A stretch of DNA of 64,000 nucleotides. Source: an uncultured cyanobacterium. Its GTDB lineage: Bacteria; Cyanobacteriota; Cyanobacteriia; Cyanobacteriales; CAWCAG01. A program made the position numbers and the translations under genes. The stretch is from the NCBI GenBank assembly GCA_963803805.1, contig CAWDOD010000011.1:128001-192000 (forward strand), written 5' to 3'. How positions within the stretch are numbered: the stretch's first letter is position 1; every line of letters starts with the position of its first letter. The notes under the pieces are model-generated. The model searched no databases. It worked only from the letters and a program-made list of their open reading frames with translations, and had not been told where the DNA came from. Positions 28,322-39,264 of this stretch are shown piece after piece.

Positions 28322-30671
28322 GGCTCAATTCTTCTAAGGAACTATTGGTATCAAAACTAAAATCATCTTCTGAAGTACTATTCAACTCAGAAGATTGGTC
28401 GCTCAAATCCAAAGTATCTACGGTGAAATCTTCTTCAAAAACTTCCGTACTATTAATCTCCGCTAACTCCTCCCCATCTATATCTTGCTCTGGGGCATCG
28501 AGATTAAAAGAGAAATTATGATCTTCTCTAGGCTCTGAAAATGTATTATCCAGTTCAGAAGACTCGCGAGCTATTTCTTCTTCAAATAAATCATTTAGCT
28601 CTGTAAAATCAGAATCTTCTTGGGAATCAGCAAAAGCATCTAGATCAAAGGATTCTATGGCTGATATAGAAGATAAGTTGGTTTCGACTTCTGAAGAAGT
28701 TGCTGTTTGGGTATTTTCTGAGTCTAACAACTCACCAAAACCTAAAGCCCCAGTAGGTATATCATCGTTTCCCCAATCTGACCACTCTTGGGAATCATCT
28801 GAGCCAATAGCGAGGAGATCATCGAAGTTTTCTAATTCTCCCGATGAAGGCAACTCATCATCTAGAGACAGTTCTACTGAAGAGTCGGAACTAATGTCTA
28901 AAAGGTCATCAAAATCTTCTGCTTCATCAGTACTTGTCAATGGGGAGTTTGTTTCCTCGCCTAGTTCAGGTTCTACAAACTCATTTAAACTATCTGAATC
29001 TTGCTCTGGTTGTATACCAAAATCTTCATTTTCTGCATCGAAAGAAGATATTTCAGGCTCTAAGAAATCATCAAAGTTATTGGCATTTTCTTCTTCGCTA
29101 TCTAGAGCAAATAAGTCACCGAAGGCGGCTGTTTCTTCTAAAGCTAAAGAGTCACTATCTTCTTCGTTAGTGAAAGCCGTATCTATATCTAATACTTCCT
29201 CGTTGGCGTTGCTAATTTGTGTTTCACTTTCATCTAATTCAAATAAAGTATCTAAGTTGTCGAAAGTATCTGTTTGTTCTTCTTCATTTAACTCTTGTTC
29301 AACCGTACCTGAGATACCTTCTTCTTCGATATCTGCAAACAAAGCATTCAAATCATCTCCAGGATCTTCTTCCTCAGTTTCAGTAAAAGAGAATGCTGAT
29401 TCATCTAAACTTGTTGTTGCCGTTTCTTCAGTTGCAAAAGAAAAATCTTCAGTGTCTGAGTCTGAAGCAAAACTGCTACTAGAATTGAGATCAGCAACTT
29501 CGTCTAATCTTTCTGAAGGATCTACTTTACCGTTAGTTGTGGTTAAAGAGCTAGAAGTTGAGATTTCTTCAAAATCATCTTCAAAAAGATTAACTAAATT
29601 TTCAGCGCTGGAAATATCATCTTCTTCATCCAGATCGAGGAAAAGCTCATCAAAATCTCTTTCTTGTTCCTCCTCTTCTTCAAAGGAAGTCTCTTGAGAA
29701 CCAAATTCCCCACCAGAAGTTTCTCTTTCTATCACTTCTTCTACTTGCCAAGTATTTTCTAAATCAGGGGCTTCTTTTTCTTCAAATAAGTCGGCGAGGC
29801 TATTAATGGCTGCCATACCTACTTCTGGAGCGCGATTAGGGGTTTTGGATTGTTCTACTGGCAATAATACTTGTAGTTGCTCAGTGATAGTAATTTCTTG
29901 GCTCGAACCCGCTACAATCTTTTCCCTTGCTTGCTTAATTTCTTTGATAATTACACCAGCACAACTACGGTAGGAATTTTCGGCATTCGCGATCGCCTTT
30001 TTGCTTGCTTCTAGCAAGAGAACCCAAGGGGCAAGATCTCTTTCCTGACCTAAATCTGCCAAATCTTGACAATATTCTTGCCATTTTTGACGATTCTCCG
30101 CAGAGTCTGGCTGTTTATAGAGTCTCAGCATCTCTTTTAAGCACAGGAGGACTTGCTTATGAAAGTGCTGATCTACGGTTTGTTGATTTTGCTGGTGTCT
30201 AGAGGCCATAGGGGCTATTTCTCCATCTTCGGCTACTGTAGCTTTTGGAGCGGCGATTAGATTATTGAGATGATCTTCTAGCTGCTTAAATACTGGCTCA
30301 ACTTTAGACAAGGCATTTTGAGCAACTTCTGGAGTTAAGCCCTTTTGACTAGATAGTTCTTCGATGAGTTCTTGTAGAGTGATGAATAAACTCAGAAAAT
30401 AGGCTTCTAGTTTTTGATCTGGTGTGAAGGAAGAGTCCTGAAAGATTTTGAAGTAGTCTTCTAGACGATGGGAAATAGTCTGAATACTAGTCAATCCTAA
30501 CATTGCTGCTCCTCCCTTAATTGAATGAGCAGCCCTGAATAACTCGTCTACTATTTCTGTGTTTTGCAAAGTTGCAGCTAAATTCAGCAAACCACTTTCT
30601 ATGGTTTGGAGATGCTCTTGGGACTCCAATATGAAGTAATGTGTTATTTTCTTATGTTGTTCAGGCTGCAT
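28311..30671 (-). CDS. cheA: CheA/PilL N-terminal part (Hpt domain plus long acidic linker), probably the same gene as 25235..28321
   Basis: YFILESQEHL...LFRAAHSIKGGAAMLG Hpt motif followed by a D/E/S-rich linker. Ends at an out-of-frame junction with the kinase ORF. Likely start MQPEQ at 30671. Confidence 0.85.
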   Translation of the reverse strand: MQPEQHKKITHYFILESQEHLQTIESGLLNLAATLQNTEIVDELFRAAHSIKGGAAMLGLTSIQTISHRLEDYFKIFQDSSFTPDQKLEAYFLSLFITLQELIEELSSQKGLTPEVAQNALSKVEPVFKQLEDHLNNLIAAPKATVAEDGEIAPMASRHQQNQQTVDQHFHKQVLLCLKEMLRLYKQPDSAENRQKWQEYCQDLADLGQERDLAPWVLLLEASKKAIANAENSYRSCAGVIIKEIKQAREKIVAGSSQEITITEQLQVLLPVEQSKTPNRAPEVGMAAINSLADLFEEKEAPDLENTWQVEEVIERETSGGEFGSQETSFEEEEEQERDFDELFLDLDEEDDISSAENLVNLFEDDFEEISTSSSLTTTNGKVDPSERLDEVADLNSSSSFASDSDTEDFSFATEETATTSLDESAFSFTETEEEDPGDDLNALFADIEEEGISGTVEQELNEEEQTDTFDNLDTLFELDESETQISNANEEVLDIDTAFTNEEDSDSLALEETAAFGDLFALDSEEENANNFDDFLEPEISSFDAENEDFGIQPEQDSDSLNEFVEPELGEETNSPLTSTDEAEDFDDLLDISSDSSVELSLDDELPSSGELENFDDLLAIGSDDSQEWSDWGNDDIPTGALGFGELLDSENTQTATSSEVETNLSSISAIESFDLDAFADSQEDSDFTELNDLFEEEIARESSELDNTFSEPREDHNFSFNLDAPEQDIDGEELAEINSTEVFEEDFTVDTLDLSDQSSELNSTSEDDFSFDTNSSLEELSLDL

Positions 30672-31054
30672 AACCGCCCCTTCTCCCTTTAAGAGCAAAT
30701 AGTTTGCTGAATATCGAGTTTTTTTAGTGACCGTAGTAAAACGATAAGATGATTTACGTTCTTTAGTTGACCTTAAGCCTAACTATTTATCAGCTTAGAT
30801 TCAATTACTCATGGCAGAAATTTCTCATAACTGACCATTTTAAATTATTATTTCGCCCAGAAGTAATTATGGTAGTATTGATGGGATTATTCACTCTCAA
30901 GTATAAATTACCTGCAATCTGGGGTTAGCTTAAATCTCCTGACCACCGAAGTAATTCAAGAGACTTTGATAACAATAAGGTTATTGAAACTTCTAAGTAA
31001 CAGCTTTACCCCATCTCAGGTGTTGCTAATACTCAAGGTTCGAGTTTAAGAAAA

Positions 31055-31324
31055 ATGAAGCTAAAACTTAATTCATTTCCCCATCTGATTCCTGGTGCAG
31101 TTTCGGATCTGTTTGCCCAGGCTAGTGGCTCTAAGCGTATCACCAAAGCTGACCGCTATGGCTTAATGGCAGCTATTTTAGCTGATTCTTTGAGTGAAGA
31201 AGAAAGAGCTTCTATCGATAGGCTAATCCGTTCTACTCGTCGAGGTAGAGTTAAGGTTGTTAATGATGTTTCTGCCATAGGGAACTCTGCTTCAGCAAGA
31301 GTAGGACGCAGGGAGATGGAGTGA
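31055..31324 (+). CDS. Small cyanobacterial hypothetical protein
   Basis: ITKADRYGLMAAIL...LSEEER..IDRL..RRGRVKVV resembles a recurrent cyanobacterial small-protein family. Confidence 0.7.
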   Translation: MKLKLNSFPHLIPGAVSDLFAQASGSKRITKADRYGLMAAILADSLSEEERASIDRLIRSTRRGRVKVVNDVSAIGNSASARVGRREME

Positions 31325-31328
31325 GAAT

Positions 31329-32270
31329 TTAGTTTTCTACTCGATAACCAAACTCAGTTAAACGCATCCTTGATTGTCGCCATTTGGGTTGGATTTTAAC
31401 AAACAATTCTAAATAAACTTTGCCAGTAATCAGCTTTTGGATTTGCTGTCTGGCTGCTGAACCAATTTGTTTAAGCATACTTCCTTGCTTACCAATTAAA
31501 ATCCCTTTTTGGGAACTGCGTTCGACATGAATGATGGCAAAAACACGGGTTAATTGAGGTTGTTCTTCTACTTTCTCAATAACTATAGCTACAGAGTGAG
31601 GAATTTCTTGGCGAGTTAGCAATAGGATTTGTTCGCGAATTAATTCCCCCATAATAAATCTTTCTGGTTGGTCGGTAACTAAGTCAGGAGGATAATAATA
31701 AGGCCCAGGTTCTAAATAATCAACCAATAGTTTTTGTAGTTCTTTTAATCCTGCTCCTGTTAAGGCAGAAAATTTAGTTAAGGGAATATTTTTTTCTTTA
31801 GCTAACTGGCTATAACTACCATCAAGTAGTTGGCTGTCATGAGATTGGAGGTCTGTTTTATTTAAACCTAAAATAACCGGAGTTTCGGTTTTTTCTAACA
31901 GTTCAAAAATGAAGCGATCGCCCCCTCCTGCTTCTACAGAACTATCAACTAAAAATAGAATTAAATCTACTGAATTTATGGCTACTTGAGCATTTTTTAC
32001 TAATACCTTACCTAATTCGTGATGGGGTTTATGAATGCCGGGAGTATCAACAAAAATTATTTGAGCTTCTGAGGTTGTCAAGATTCCTCGCAAGCGGTTA
32101 CGAGTTGTTTGGGATACTGGGGAAGTAATGGCTATTTTTTGCCCTACCAGGTAATTCATTAAGGTAGATTTCCCGACATTAGGTCTACCAATAATAGCCA
32201 CAAATCCTGATTTAAAGCCTTCTGGTGCTTGGGGAATTATGTTAATGTTGGATGGTTGTTCATTGGACAT
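31329..32270 (-). CDS. era: GTPase Era
   Basis: GRPNVGKST, QTTR, DTPG, NKTD and KH-domain SQKGILIGK motifs. Confidence 0.98.
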   Translation of the reverse strand: MSNEQPSNINIIPQAPEGFKSGFVAIIGRPNVGKSTLMNYLVGQKIAITSPVSQTTRNRLRGILTTSEAQIIFVDTPGIHKPHHELGKVLVKNAQVAINSVDLILFLVDSSVEAGGGDRFIFELLEKTETPVILGLNKTDLQSHDSQLLDGSYSQLAKEKNIPLTKFSALTGAGLKELQKLLVDYLEPGPYYYPPDLVTDQPERFIMGELIREQILLLTRQEIPHSVAIVIEKVEEQPQLTRVFAIIHVERSSQKGILIGKQGSMLKQIGSAARQQIQKLITGKVYLELFVKIQPKWRQSRMRLTEFGYRVEN

Positions 32271-32280
32271 ATTATTTTAG

Positions 32281-32327
32281 GTAATGAGTAATAAGTAATG
32301 AGTAATAAGTAATAAGTAATAAGTAAT
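32281..32327. repeat. Heptamer tandem repeat (GTAATRA)n
   Basis: gtaatgagtaataagtaatgagtaataagtaataagtaataagtaat, upstream of era. Confidence 0.8.
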
Positions 32328-32613
32328 TAGGTAAAAAACAGTTTCCTAAAGCCAAACTTAGTGCGTAGGCTAAGCATACCACTTTTACTTAGATATCAAC
32401 GTTAGCTGGAGGCTCTTTACTATATTCTAATAGCAACTTCTCAATTAAAGAGAAGAGACGTTCTGGATCTATTTTGTCTAAAACTAATTGATAATTGAGA
32501 TAATACTATGCGATCGCTTAATCTGGTTTTACCATTTATTTAAGGAGAATTTTAAACATGATTGCCCTCAAAGATAATCAACCCTTACCCCCAGAAAAAT
32601 ACCTTCAATATGA

Positions 32614-33546
32614 TTAAATCATCGAAATAATCTTCTCAGAAATAAAAGGTAAAAGTTCTCGATTTTGACTGTATTCTTGGCTTTCTGTGAACACCACAAA
32701 AATATAAGGTTGCTTGTTGGGTATCTCGACATAAACGGCATCATGCCTCACTCGACTTGTCCACCCAGCCTTAGACCATTGCTGACTGCCTAATGGTAAA
32801 GCTTCTCCCAAAAAACCAGTAACTTGATTCTCATCATCACCCCCAGCTAAGGGACGAGGATTAGCTAAATCTCGTTTGAGTAAATCCATCATTATTTGCG
32901 ATCGCTTAGCAGAAACCGCTACTCCTCCAATAATGCTATGGAATAATCTAGCTACAGCATTGGTAGAGAGCATATTGCGGTTTTCCATCAACTCACCCAC
33001 AAAAGCCCTTTCCCTACCATAGGAGCCATCACACCAAGTTTTTTGATTAACATTAATATTATTTAATTCTGGCCAACCTAAAGATTGATAGTAGCGGTTA
33101 ACGATGTTGCGTTGGAATTTCCAAGTTTCAAAAGGTGCTGAAGACAATTCTGGACCACTAGTAGTACCGCTTAAAACATCTACAACTAAGCTAGTGGCAT
33201 CATTGCTAGAATCAACAATCATATCCTTAATAGCCCTTTCTAGCTCTGGAGAACTGGCAACCATGGCATTTTCTAACCACTGTTGAATAGCTACTAAATA
33301 GAATAGCTTAACCACACTAGCAGGATAAATTCTCTCCACTCCCCGATAGTTAAAGCTGCGTACCGGATGTTGCCAAAATTCCTCCGGAGAAAGAGCGCCA
33401 CCCGTATTGACAAATATTGGCTCATCATAAACCATCAAAGTTAAAGCTAGTCTATCTCTGGCTAAACTAGGGAAGTGTACCCAAATAGTATCTAAGATAT
33501 TTGCACCTAATTTTTCTAGTTGTTCATCTTTATGAAAAAAATCCAT
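32614..33546 (-). CDS. Serine hydrolase, class A beta-lactamase-like
   Basis: YPASVVK (SxxK), DSSNDAT (SxN) and SKAGW (KxG) motifs. Confidence 0.88.
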   Translation of the reverse strand: MDFFHKDEQLEKLGANILDTIWVHFPSLARDRLALTLMVYDEPIFVNTGGALSPEEFWQHPVRSFNYRGVERIYPASVVKLFYLVAIQQWLENAMVASSPELERAIKDMIVDSSNDATSLVVDVLSGTTSGPELSSAPFETWKFQRNIVNRYYQSLGWPELNNINVNQKTWCDGSYGRERAFVGELMENRNMLSTNAVARLFHSIIGGVAVSAKRSQIMMDLLKRDLANPRPLAGGDDENQVTGFLGEALPLGSQQWSKAGWTSRVRHDAVYVEIPNKQPYIFVVFTESQEYSQNRELLPFISEKIISMI

Positions 33547-33613
33547 GGCAATTCCGGACTAATTATTTAAGTATGTGTAAAATGCTACTGGTCTTTGCTG
33601 TTGTTATTTGCTT

Positions 33614-34303
33614 ATGAACATTCTGGAAAAATCTCGACCCTCTCCTAGTGGTGAATATTACTCTGATGTAAATCTTAATCTCTATGATTCTCCTCAATGC
33701 AAGAATTTGGCAAGTCAAATAGCCGCAGGCAGACATTTAAAAGTGCTATCTTCTGTTGTTGAGGGAGCGGTGGAAGTAAGTTCTTGTGAAGACAATTATC
33801 CTGGCTGGTTAACCCTCAAGGATCTAGAACAACTCCAAAGTGCTAGTAAAGCATACCAAGGGATCGCTCTTTCCCGTAGTGAAATTGAGCGATGTATTCC
33901 CGAAATTATTGCTTTTACCCAAGCAGCAATGGCTCAACCAAACCATTATCTTTGGGGAGGTACTGTAGCCCCTAATTATGATTGTTCGGGATTGATGCAA
34001 GCGGCTTTTTCTTCTCAGGGTATTTGGTTGCCTAGAGACTCTTATCAACAAGAAGCCTTTACCCAAACTATTACCCTTGACGATTTGCTTCCCGGAGATT
34101 TAATCTTTTTTAGTAAGAATGAAAGAGTCAATCACGTTGCCCTTTATCTAGGAGATGAAACTTATATCCATAGTTCCGGGGCTGAAGATGGTCGCAACGG
34201 TATTGATATTGACTCTTTGATGATTCAAAAAGATGAAATTGGTGCGTTATATCGTCGGCGCATAACCGGGGCAGGAAGGGTTATTTGTAGTTATCAACCT
34301 TGA
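33614..34303 (+). CDS. NlpC/P60 (C40) peptidase
   Basis: YLWGG, YDCSGL, LPRDSYQQ, GDLIFF, HVALY and IHSSG motifs. Confidence 0.92.
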   Translation: MNILEKSRPSPSGEYYSDVNLNLYDSPQCKNLASQIAAGRHLKVLSSVVEGAVEVSSCEDNYPGWLTLKDLEQLQSASKAYQGIALSRSEIERCIPEIIAFTQAAMAQPNHYLWGGTVAPNYDCSGLMQAAFSSQGIWLPRDSYQQEAFTQTITLDDLLPGDLIFFSKNERVNHVALYLGDETYIHSSGAEDGRNGIDIDSLMIQKDEIGALYRRRITGAGRVICSYQP

Positions 34304-34402
34304 CTGAGTGATGAGTTACAAGGAGGCGATCTAAAAAGTGATAGCTTGAAAGAGCAAACATACTAACCTTTACCCTTCAATTTTCAATTGACAAACCACT
34401 AG

Positions 34403-36283
34403 TTAACTTGGATGAAGATAATCATAAATCTCTTGGGCTAAGCGGGGGCCAATGCCTGATACTTCTTGTAACTTTTTTGGAGTTGCGAGGCGAATATAAT
34501 CTAGGGAATGGAAGTGGGCTAAAAGTTGTTTTTGACGCTCGAAACCTAAGCCAGGAATATCATCTAAACGCGATCGCTTGAGTTTGCTACTTCTTTGTTG
34601 GCGGTGGAAACTAACCGCAAAACGGTGTGCTTCATCCCGTAGTCGCCGCAATAATTGTACTCCCGGTTGTTCTTTTTGGGTGGGTAAAGATAAGGATTCA
34701 CCAGGCAGAAAGATTTCTTCTTTTTGTTTGGCTAAACTGATTACCCGCACAACTTCAAAAAGGTTCATTTCCTGCAAGACGGCTACAACCGCAGAAAGTT
34801 GACCTTTTCCCCCATCAATCATAATCAAGTCAGGAAAATCTGCATCCTGTAGGAGATTGTCTGTTTTTAACTCTGCATACTTGCGAAAGCGGCGACGAAT
34901 CACCTCTGCCATACTTGCAAAGTCATCGGAGTGACCGATTTTGACTTCGGGGTTTTTGATTTTATAGTGGCGATAATGTTGTTTAGCCGGTACACCGTCA
35001 ATAAAGACTACTTGAGAGGCGACGGCATTAGAACCTTGGATATGGGAGATATCATAACCTTCAATACGTTTCGGTAATTCTGGTAAGTCAAGAATTTCTG
35101 CTAAGTCTGCCATTGCTTGGCTATTGCGGCTAGCCAAGCGTTGAATACTGGCTAATTCATATTTGGCATTGCGTTCCACCATTTCAATTAATTCTGCTTT
35201 GGTTTGGCGTTGGGGAACACTGAAGTCAACTTTTTTACCCTTGCGATTACCTAACCATTGAGCAAGCATTTCCGGATGGGGTAATTCGTGTTGTATCAAA
35301 ATGTCGGTGGGAATTTCCACATCTTCGACGTTGTTGTAATGTTCTTCTAAAACCCGTTGTAAAATGGCTCCAGGGCTTCCCGATTGCGCTTCAGCGAAAA
35401 AGCCCAAACGCCCCACTAATCGACCGGCACGAACCTGGAAAAGCTGAATGCAAGCCCGTTCTTCATCTGCTGCTAAGGCAATGGCATCACGGGAAACTGT
35501 ATCATCGGGGAGGGAAACTTTTTGTCCGGCATGGAGGCTATGAAGGGCTTGAATGCGATCCCGTATTAGTGCCGCTTGTTCAAAGTTTAATTCTTGGGCA
35601 GCCTTTTCCATTTGAGAGTTGAGAATATCTAGCAATTCTCCGGTACGCCCTTGAAATACCATGGCTACTTTTTGGACAATTTTATGATACTCTTCAGGAG
35701 TAATTAAGGCCTGACAAACTCCTGGACATTTGCCTAAGTCGTAGTTAAGGCAGGGGCGATCTTTAAATAAAGGGCGGCGACGTTGCCGTAAGGGGAAGGT
35801 TTTTTTGACGATATGAAGGGTATAGCGTAGCAGCCTTGTATCGACGTAAGGGCCATAATAACGATCCTTTTCCTGCCCCTTCCTCCGCTTGCGAGTGATG
35901 AAGATGCGAGGATAATCTTCTGACCAAGTAATGCAAACATAGGGATATTTTTTGTCATCTTTGAGCAACACGTTGAAGTGAGGTTGGTGTTGCTTAACTA
36001 AGTTGGCTTCTAAGGCTAAGGCTTCGGCTTCTGTATCTGTGACAATAAATTCAATATCGGCTACCTGATGTACCATCATGGCAATGCGATCACTTAAAGT
36101 TTGGGAAGCACGAAAATAGGAACGAACCCGTGAGCGCAATTTTTTCGATTTACCAATATAAAGAATATTCCCCGTTTGATCTCGCATTAAATAAACTCCC
36201 GCTTCTCCAGGAATTTCTTTAAGACGAATTTCTAAGCGTTCAGGATCTTTAATTAAGGGAGTAGGTTTTGTTGATGCAGTCAC
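34403..36283 (-). CDS. uvrC: Excinuclease ABC subunit C
   Basis: GIY-YIG (GVYLM..LYIGKSK), [31 protein letters not shown] and HhH motifs. Confidence 0.98.
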   Translation of the reverse strand: MTASTKPTPLIKDPERLEIRLKEIPGEAGVYLMRDQTGNILYIGKSKKLRSRVRSYFRASQTLSDRIAMMVHQVADIEFIVTDTEAEALALEANLVKQHQPHFNVLLKDDKKYPYVCITWSEDYPRIFITRKRRKGQEKDRYYGPYVDTRLLRYTLHIVKKTFPLRQRRRPLFKDRPCLNYDLGKCPGVCQALITPEEYHKIVQKVAMVFQGRTGELLDILNSQMEKAAQELNFEQAALIRDRIQALHSLHAGQKVSLPDDTVSRDAIALAADEERACIQLFQVRAGRLVGRLGFFAEAQSGSPGAILQRVLEEHYNNVEDVEIPTDILIQHELPHPEMLAQWLGNRKGKKVDFSVPQRQTKAELIEMVERNAKYELASIQRLASRNSQAMADLAEILDLPELPKRIEGYDISHIQGSNAVASQVVFIDGVPAKQHYRHYKIKNPEVKIGHSDDFASMAEVIRRRFRKYAELKTDNLLQDADFPDLIMIDGGKGQLSAVVAVLQEMNLFEVVRVISLAKQKEEIFLPGESLSLPTQKEQPGVQLLRRLRDEAHRFAVSFHRQQRSSKLKRSRLDDIPGLGFERQKQLLAHFHSLDYIRLATPKKLQEVSGIGPRLAQEIYDYLHPS

Positions 36284-36448
36284 GGCAATTTAAGCAAGTT
36301 CTTCTCTGTATTTAAGATCCTAACTAAATTATCTTCCTTTGATTAATTCATACAGCACATACAAAATTGGGCAAGCTGGTTTCCTTGCCTGCCCTACATC
36401 TGGGTTTTTGATGACGCGGCTCTATAAAAGAACTGCGTAGATATTTTA

Positions 36449-36763
36449 TTAGTTCATAGGAGGAGTACCATCATTCATTTCTTCTTCCATCATTTCTGGG
36501 CTAAACATTTCTGGGGAGGAAGTGCCTGTTGGTCTAGGTGATTCTAGATTGTTATCATCAAGTAGGTCAGTTTCTTTTTGGAGTATGCAACCTTGATACC
36601 TAGCAGGATCTGAAGGCCAATACATATCCGTACAATCATCGATTATTTCTTCTACTACATCATCAGTAAGAATGTCATCTTGGGCAAAAGATGCCTGGGC
36701 TAAGGCAATTGACATTGAACTGGTGGCTAAAGCTGTTACTAAAAAAAGATTTGAGATTTTCAT
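36449..36763 (-). CDS. Small secreted acidic hypothetical protein
   Basis: Signal peptide ending AQASFA and two Cys residues. Confidence 0.6.
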   Translation of the reverse strand: MKISNLFLVTALATSSMSIALAQASFAQDDILTDDVVEEIIDDCTDMYWPSDPARYQGCILQKETDLLDDNNLESPRPTGTSSPEMFSPEMMEEEMNDGTPPMN

Positions 36764-36911
36764 TTTTTCCTACACACAAAAAACGTTTAAAGTCAACTTA
36801 TAAAGTATAGGTTAGCAAGCAAGCAGATTACCACTATTGTTTTATTTTCTTCAGAGGTTTTATGTCTCTTGTTTTTTACTTGCCAATTATAATACTATAC
36901 CCAATTTCAAT

Positions 36912-37622
36912 ATGAAAATTACTGCCCATAGAGGTAATTCTGACTCTACCCCAGAGAATACTATTAGTGCCATCAAATCTGCTATCCGAGAGGGTGCAGA
37001 TTGGGCTGAAATTGATGTCCAAGAAACTAAAGATGGAGAATTAGTAGTTTTCCATGATAGTAATTTACGAAGGGTTACTGGGGTTGATAAACATATCTGG
37101 GAAATTTCTGGTCATGATTTAGAAAAATTAGATGCAGGGTGCTGGTTTTCTGCCCAGTTTCTGGGGGAGAAAGTACCTAAACTAAAGGAGATAATTGAAG
37201 TTGCCAGAGGTAAAATCAAATTAAATATTGAACTGAAACTTAATGGACACCAACAAGAACTTGCTTTTAGAGTTGTGAAAATTCTCCAAGCTAGCAGCTT
37301 CATTAAACAATGTGTGGTAACATCTTTTGACTTGGCAACAATAGAGAAAGTTAAAGATTTGGATGAGACAATTTCTACTGGGATAATTATTAAAGAACTA
37401 GAGAATTATCTTTTTAAATTGCCAGTAGAAATTTACGCTATTGATTACTCTGTTGTTTCCCGCAACTTTGTACAGAAAGCTCATGATCTCAATAAAGAAG
37501 TTCATGTTTGGACTGTTGATACCGAAGCAGATATGCACAAAATGATTCAATTTGGTGTTGATAATATTATTACAAACAAGCCTAAAACACTAAAGAAAAT
37601 GCTCATAAATTCTAAACTTTAA
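36912..37622 (+). CDS. Glycerophosphodiester phosphodiesterase
   Basis: AHRG, PENT, EIDVQETKDG..VVFHD, NIELK, VWTVD and IITN motifs. Confidence 0.93.
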   Translation: MKITAHRGNSDSTPENTISAIKSAIREGADWAEIDVQETKDGELVVFHDSNLRRVTGVDKHIWEISGHDLEKLDAGCWFSAQFLGEKVPKLKEIIEVARGKIKLNIELKLNGHQQELAFRVVKILQASSFIKQCVVTSFDLATIEKVKDLDETISTGIIIKELENYLFKLPVEIYAIDYSVVSRNFVQKAHDLNKEVHVWTVDTEADMHKMIQFGVDNIITNKPKTLKKMLINSKL

Positions 37623-38201
37623 ATGATCAACTCTCCTTGGCGATCGCAACTTTCCCTTGCCCTCAATCGCAACCGCTCTCTAGCTAATTCTCGTTACTTC
37701 CAGTTAGCCACAGTAGGTAAAAACGGTCGCCCAACTAATCGTACTGTAGTTTTTCGGGGATTTTTAAATCAAACTAATCAGCTTCAAATTGTGACTGATT
37801 CTCGTAGCGAAAAAATTGAGCATATCCAACATCAACCTTGGGGAGAAATTTGTTGGTATTTCCCTAAAAGTAGAGAACAATTTCGTCTAGCTGGTAATTT
37901 AATTGTGGTAGATCAGCATCACCCAACTTTACAAAATGCTCGTCAAGCTGCTTGGCAAAACCTTTCTCAAGGAGCAAAATTACAATTTTTTTGGCCTAGC
38001 CCTAAAAAAGAAAGATGCCAAGAAAAAGAAGCTTTTTTTGCCAATCTACCTAATGAAAATCAACCCGTAGATAACTTTTACTTAATTCTTTTAGAGCCAT
38101 ATTTGGTAGATATTTTACAATTAAAAGGAGAACCACAAAACCGTTACTTATACACTCTCCAAGAAAACGGCAATTGGTTAACTAAAGAAGTTAATCCTTA
38201 A
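37623..38201 (+). CDS. Pyridoxamine 5'-phosphate oxidase-like FMN-binding protein
   Basis: YFQLATV, PTNRTVVFRGF, TDSRSEK and CWYF..REQFR motifs. Confidence 0.88.
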   Translation: MINSPWRSQLSLALNRNRSLANSRYFQLATVGKNGRPTNRTVVFRGFLNQTNQLQIVTDSRSEKIEHIQHQPWGEICWYFPKSREQFRLAGNLIVVDQHHPTLQNARQAAWQNLSQGAKLQFFWPSPKKERCQEKEAFFANLPNENQPVDNFYLILLEPYLVDILQLKGEPQNRYLYTLQENGNWLTKEVNP

Positions 38202-39264
38202 ATTTATTCAACTTTTCTAAAGCAAAGTTGCGTACATTTTCATCAACATCTTTTTCTGAGCGATCCTGAAAGATTTCTAGAGTTCGAGGGTGAAAACGAT
38301 AATACTTAAAAAGGGCTTCAAGGGCAGCTTGTCGAGGATTTTTAACGAACATCCCTGCTATAGAATTTGCTAAAAGCTGAGCAAAAGCATCTTCTTGTTC
38401 CCTAGTTTCATCACCTCTACTTTCCTGTGTTATGCCATGGTGGGGCAGAATAGCACATTTGGAGAAAAATTCTTGCATTCCCTCTTCTTTTCCCCAACCT
38501 TCAGCCAAAATTTGGATAATAATTACTAGAGTATCTGGTTCTGTTTCAGCCCAAAAACAGTTTTTTAATAGAGGTAAAATTTCTGGCAAATCGCTATAGT
38601 ATTCAGCAATAGCCATGATCCCATACTTCCTAATTTCAGGGCTTTGATGAGGCAATACCTTATTTCTCAGCCAAGCTAAAGTAGCAGCATCTTCTTGATA
38701 ATTAATTACCAAAGAAAAAATAGCAGCTTCATTAACACCCCAAAAAGCATCAGCAGCAACACAAGATTTTAACCAAGGTAAAGTTTCTAAGTGATCTCGA
38801 TAATTGTCAGCAATACTACTGATAGCCGCTTGTCGCACCAACATTCCCTCGTCTTCTTCAACTTTGGCACAGGCTTTTAACCAAGACAAAGTATCTGGTT
38901 CATTTTTATAGTAAGTAGCAATGGTACAAATAGCTTTTGCTTGCAAATGAGGATTGATATTTTCCCCCTTCCAAATCAGCAAAGATTTGAGCCAAGGCAA
39001 AGTATCTGGTTCATCTTGATAGTAAGCGGCGATCGCCTCAACCGCAGCCTCTGGGATATCCTCATAACCTTGAGAATGAGTGAGAGATTTCAACCAAGGC
39101 AAAGTTTGCGGCTCATTTTGATAATGTTGAGCAATCTTCTTAATTGCAGAACGCCTTACCTCCGAGTTAGGATCTTCCTGGGCATAGGATTGAAGTACAG
39201 ATAAAGACTCTGGCTTATATTGACCATTTGCAATTCCATTTACTATTTTATTATTCTCCATCAC
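38191..39264 (-). CDS. Stand-alone HEAT-repeat protein
   Basis: About 38-aa repeats (AI..IA..Y..EP.TLPWLK) and terminal NPRQAALEAL...D.DENVRNFA. Confidence 0.8.
   Translation of the reverse strand: MMENNKIVNGIANGQYKPESLSVLQSYAQEDPNSEVRRSAIKKIAQHYQNEPQTLPWLKSLTHSQGYEDIPEAAVEAIAAYYQDEPDTLPWLKSLLIWKGENINPHLQAKAICTIATYYKNEPDTLSWLKACAKVEEDEGMLVRQAAISSIADNYRDHLETLPWLKSCVAADAFWGVNEAAIFSLVINYQEDAATLAWLRNKVLPHQSPEIRKYGIMAIAEYYSDLPEILPLLKNCFWAETEPDTLVIIIQILAEGWGKEEGMQEFFSKCAILPHHGITQESRGDETREQEDAFAQLLANSIAGMFVKNPRQAALEALFKYYRFHPRTLEIFQDRSEKDVDENVRNFALEKLNKFKD

Noticed and set aside
28657-29697. 346-aa Ser/Lys-rich ORF on the + strand
   Set aside because: Antisense shadow of the Asp/Glu-rich CheA linker (GAA/GAT codons read as TCx). 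No independent coding evidence.
32614-33546. Antibiotic-resistance beta-lactamase
   Set aside because: Looks like the common cyanobacterial serine hydrolase divergently paired with an NlpC/P60 peptidase. No signal peptide or mobile context.
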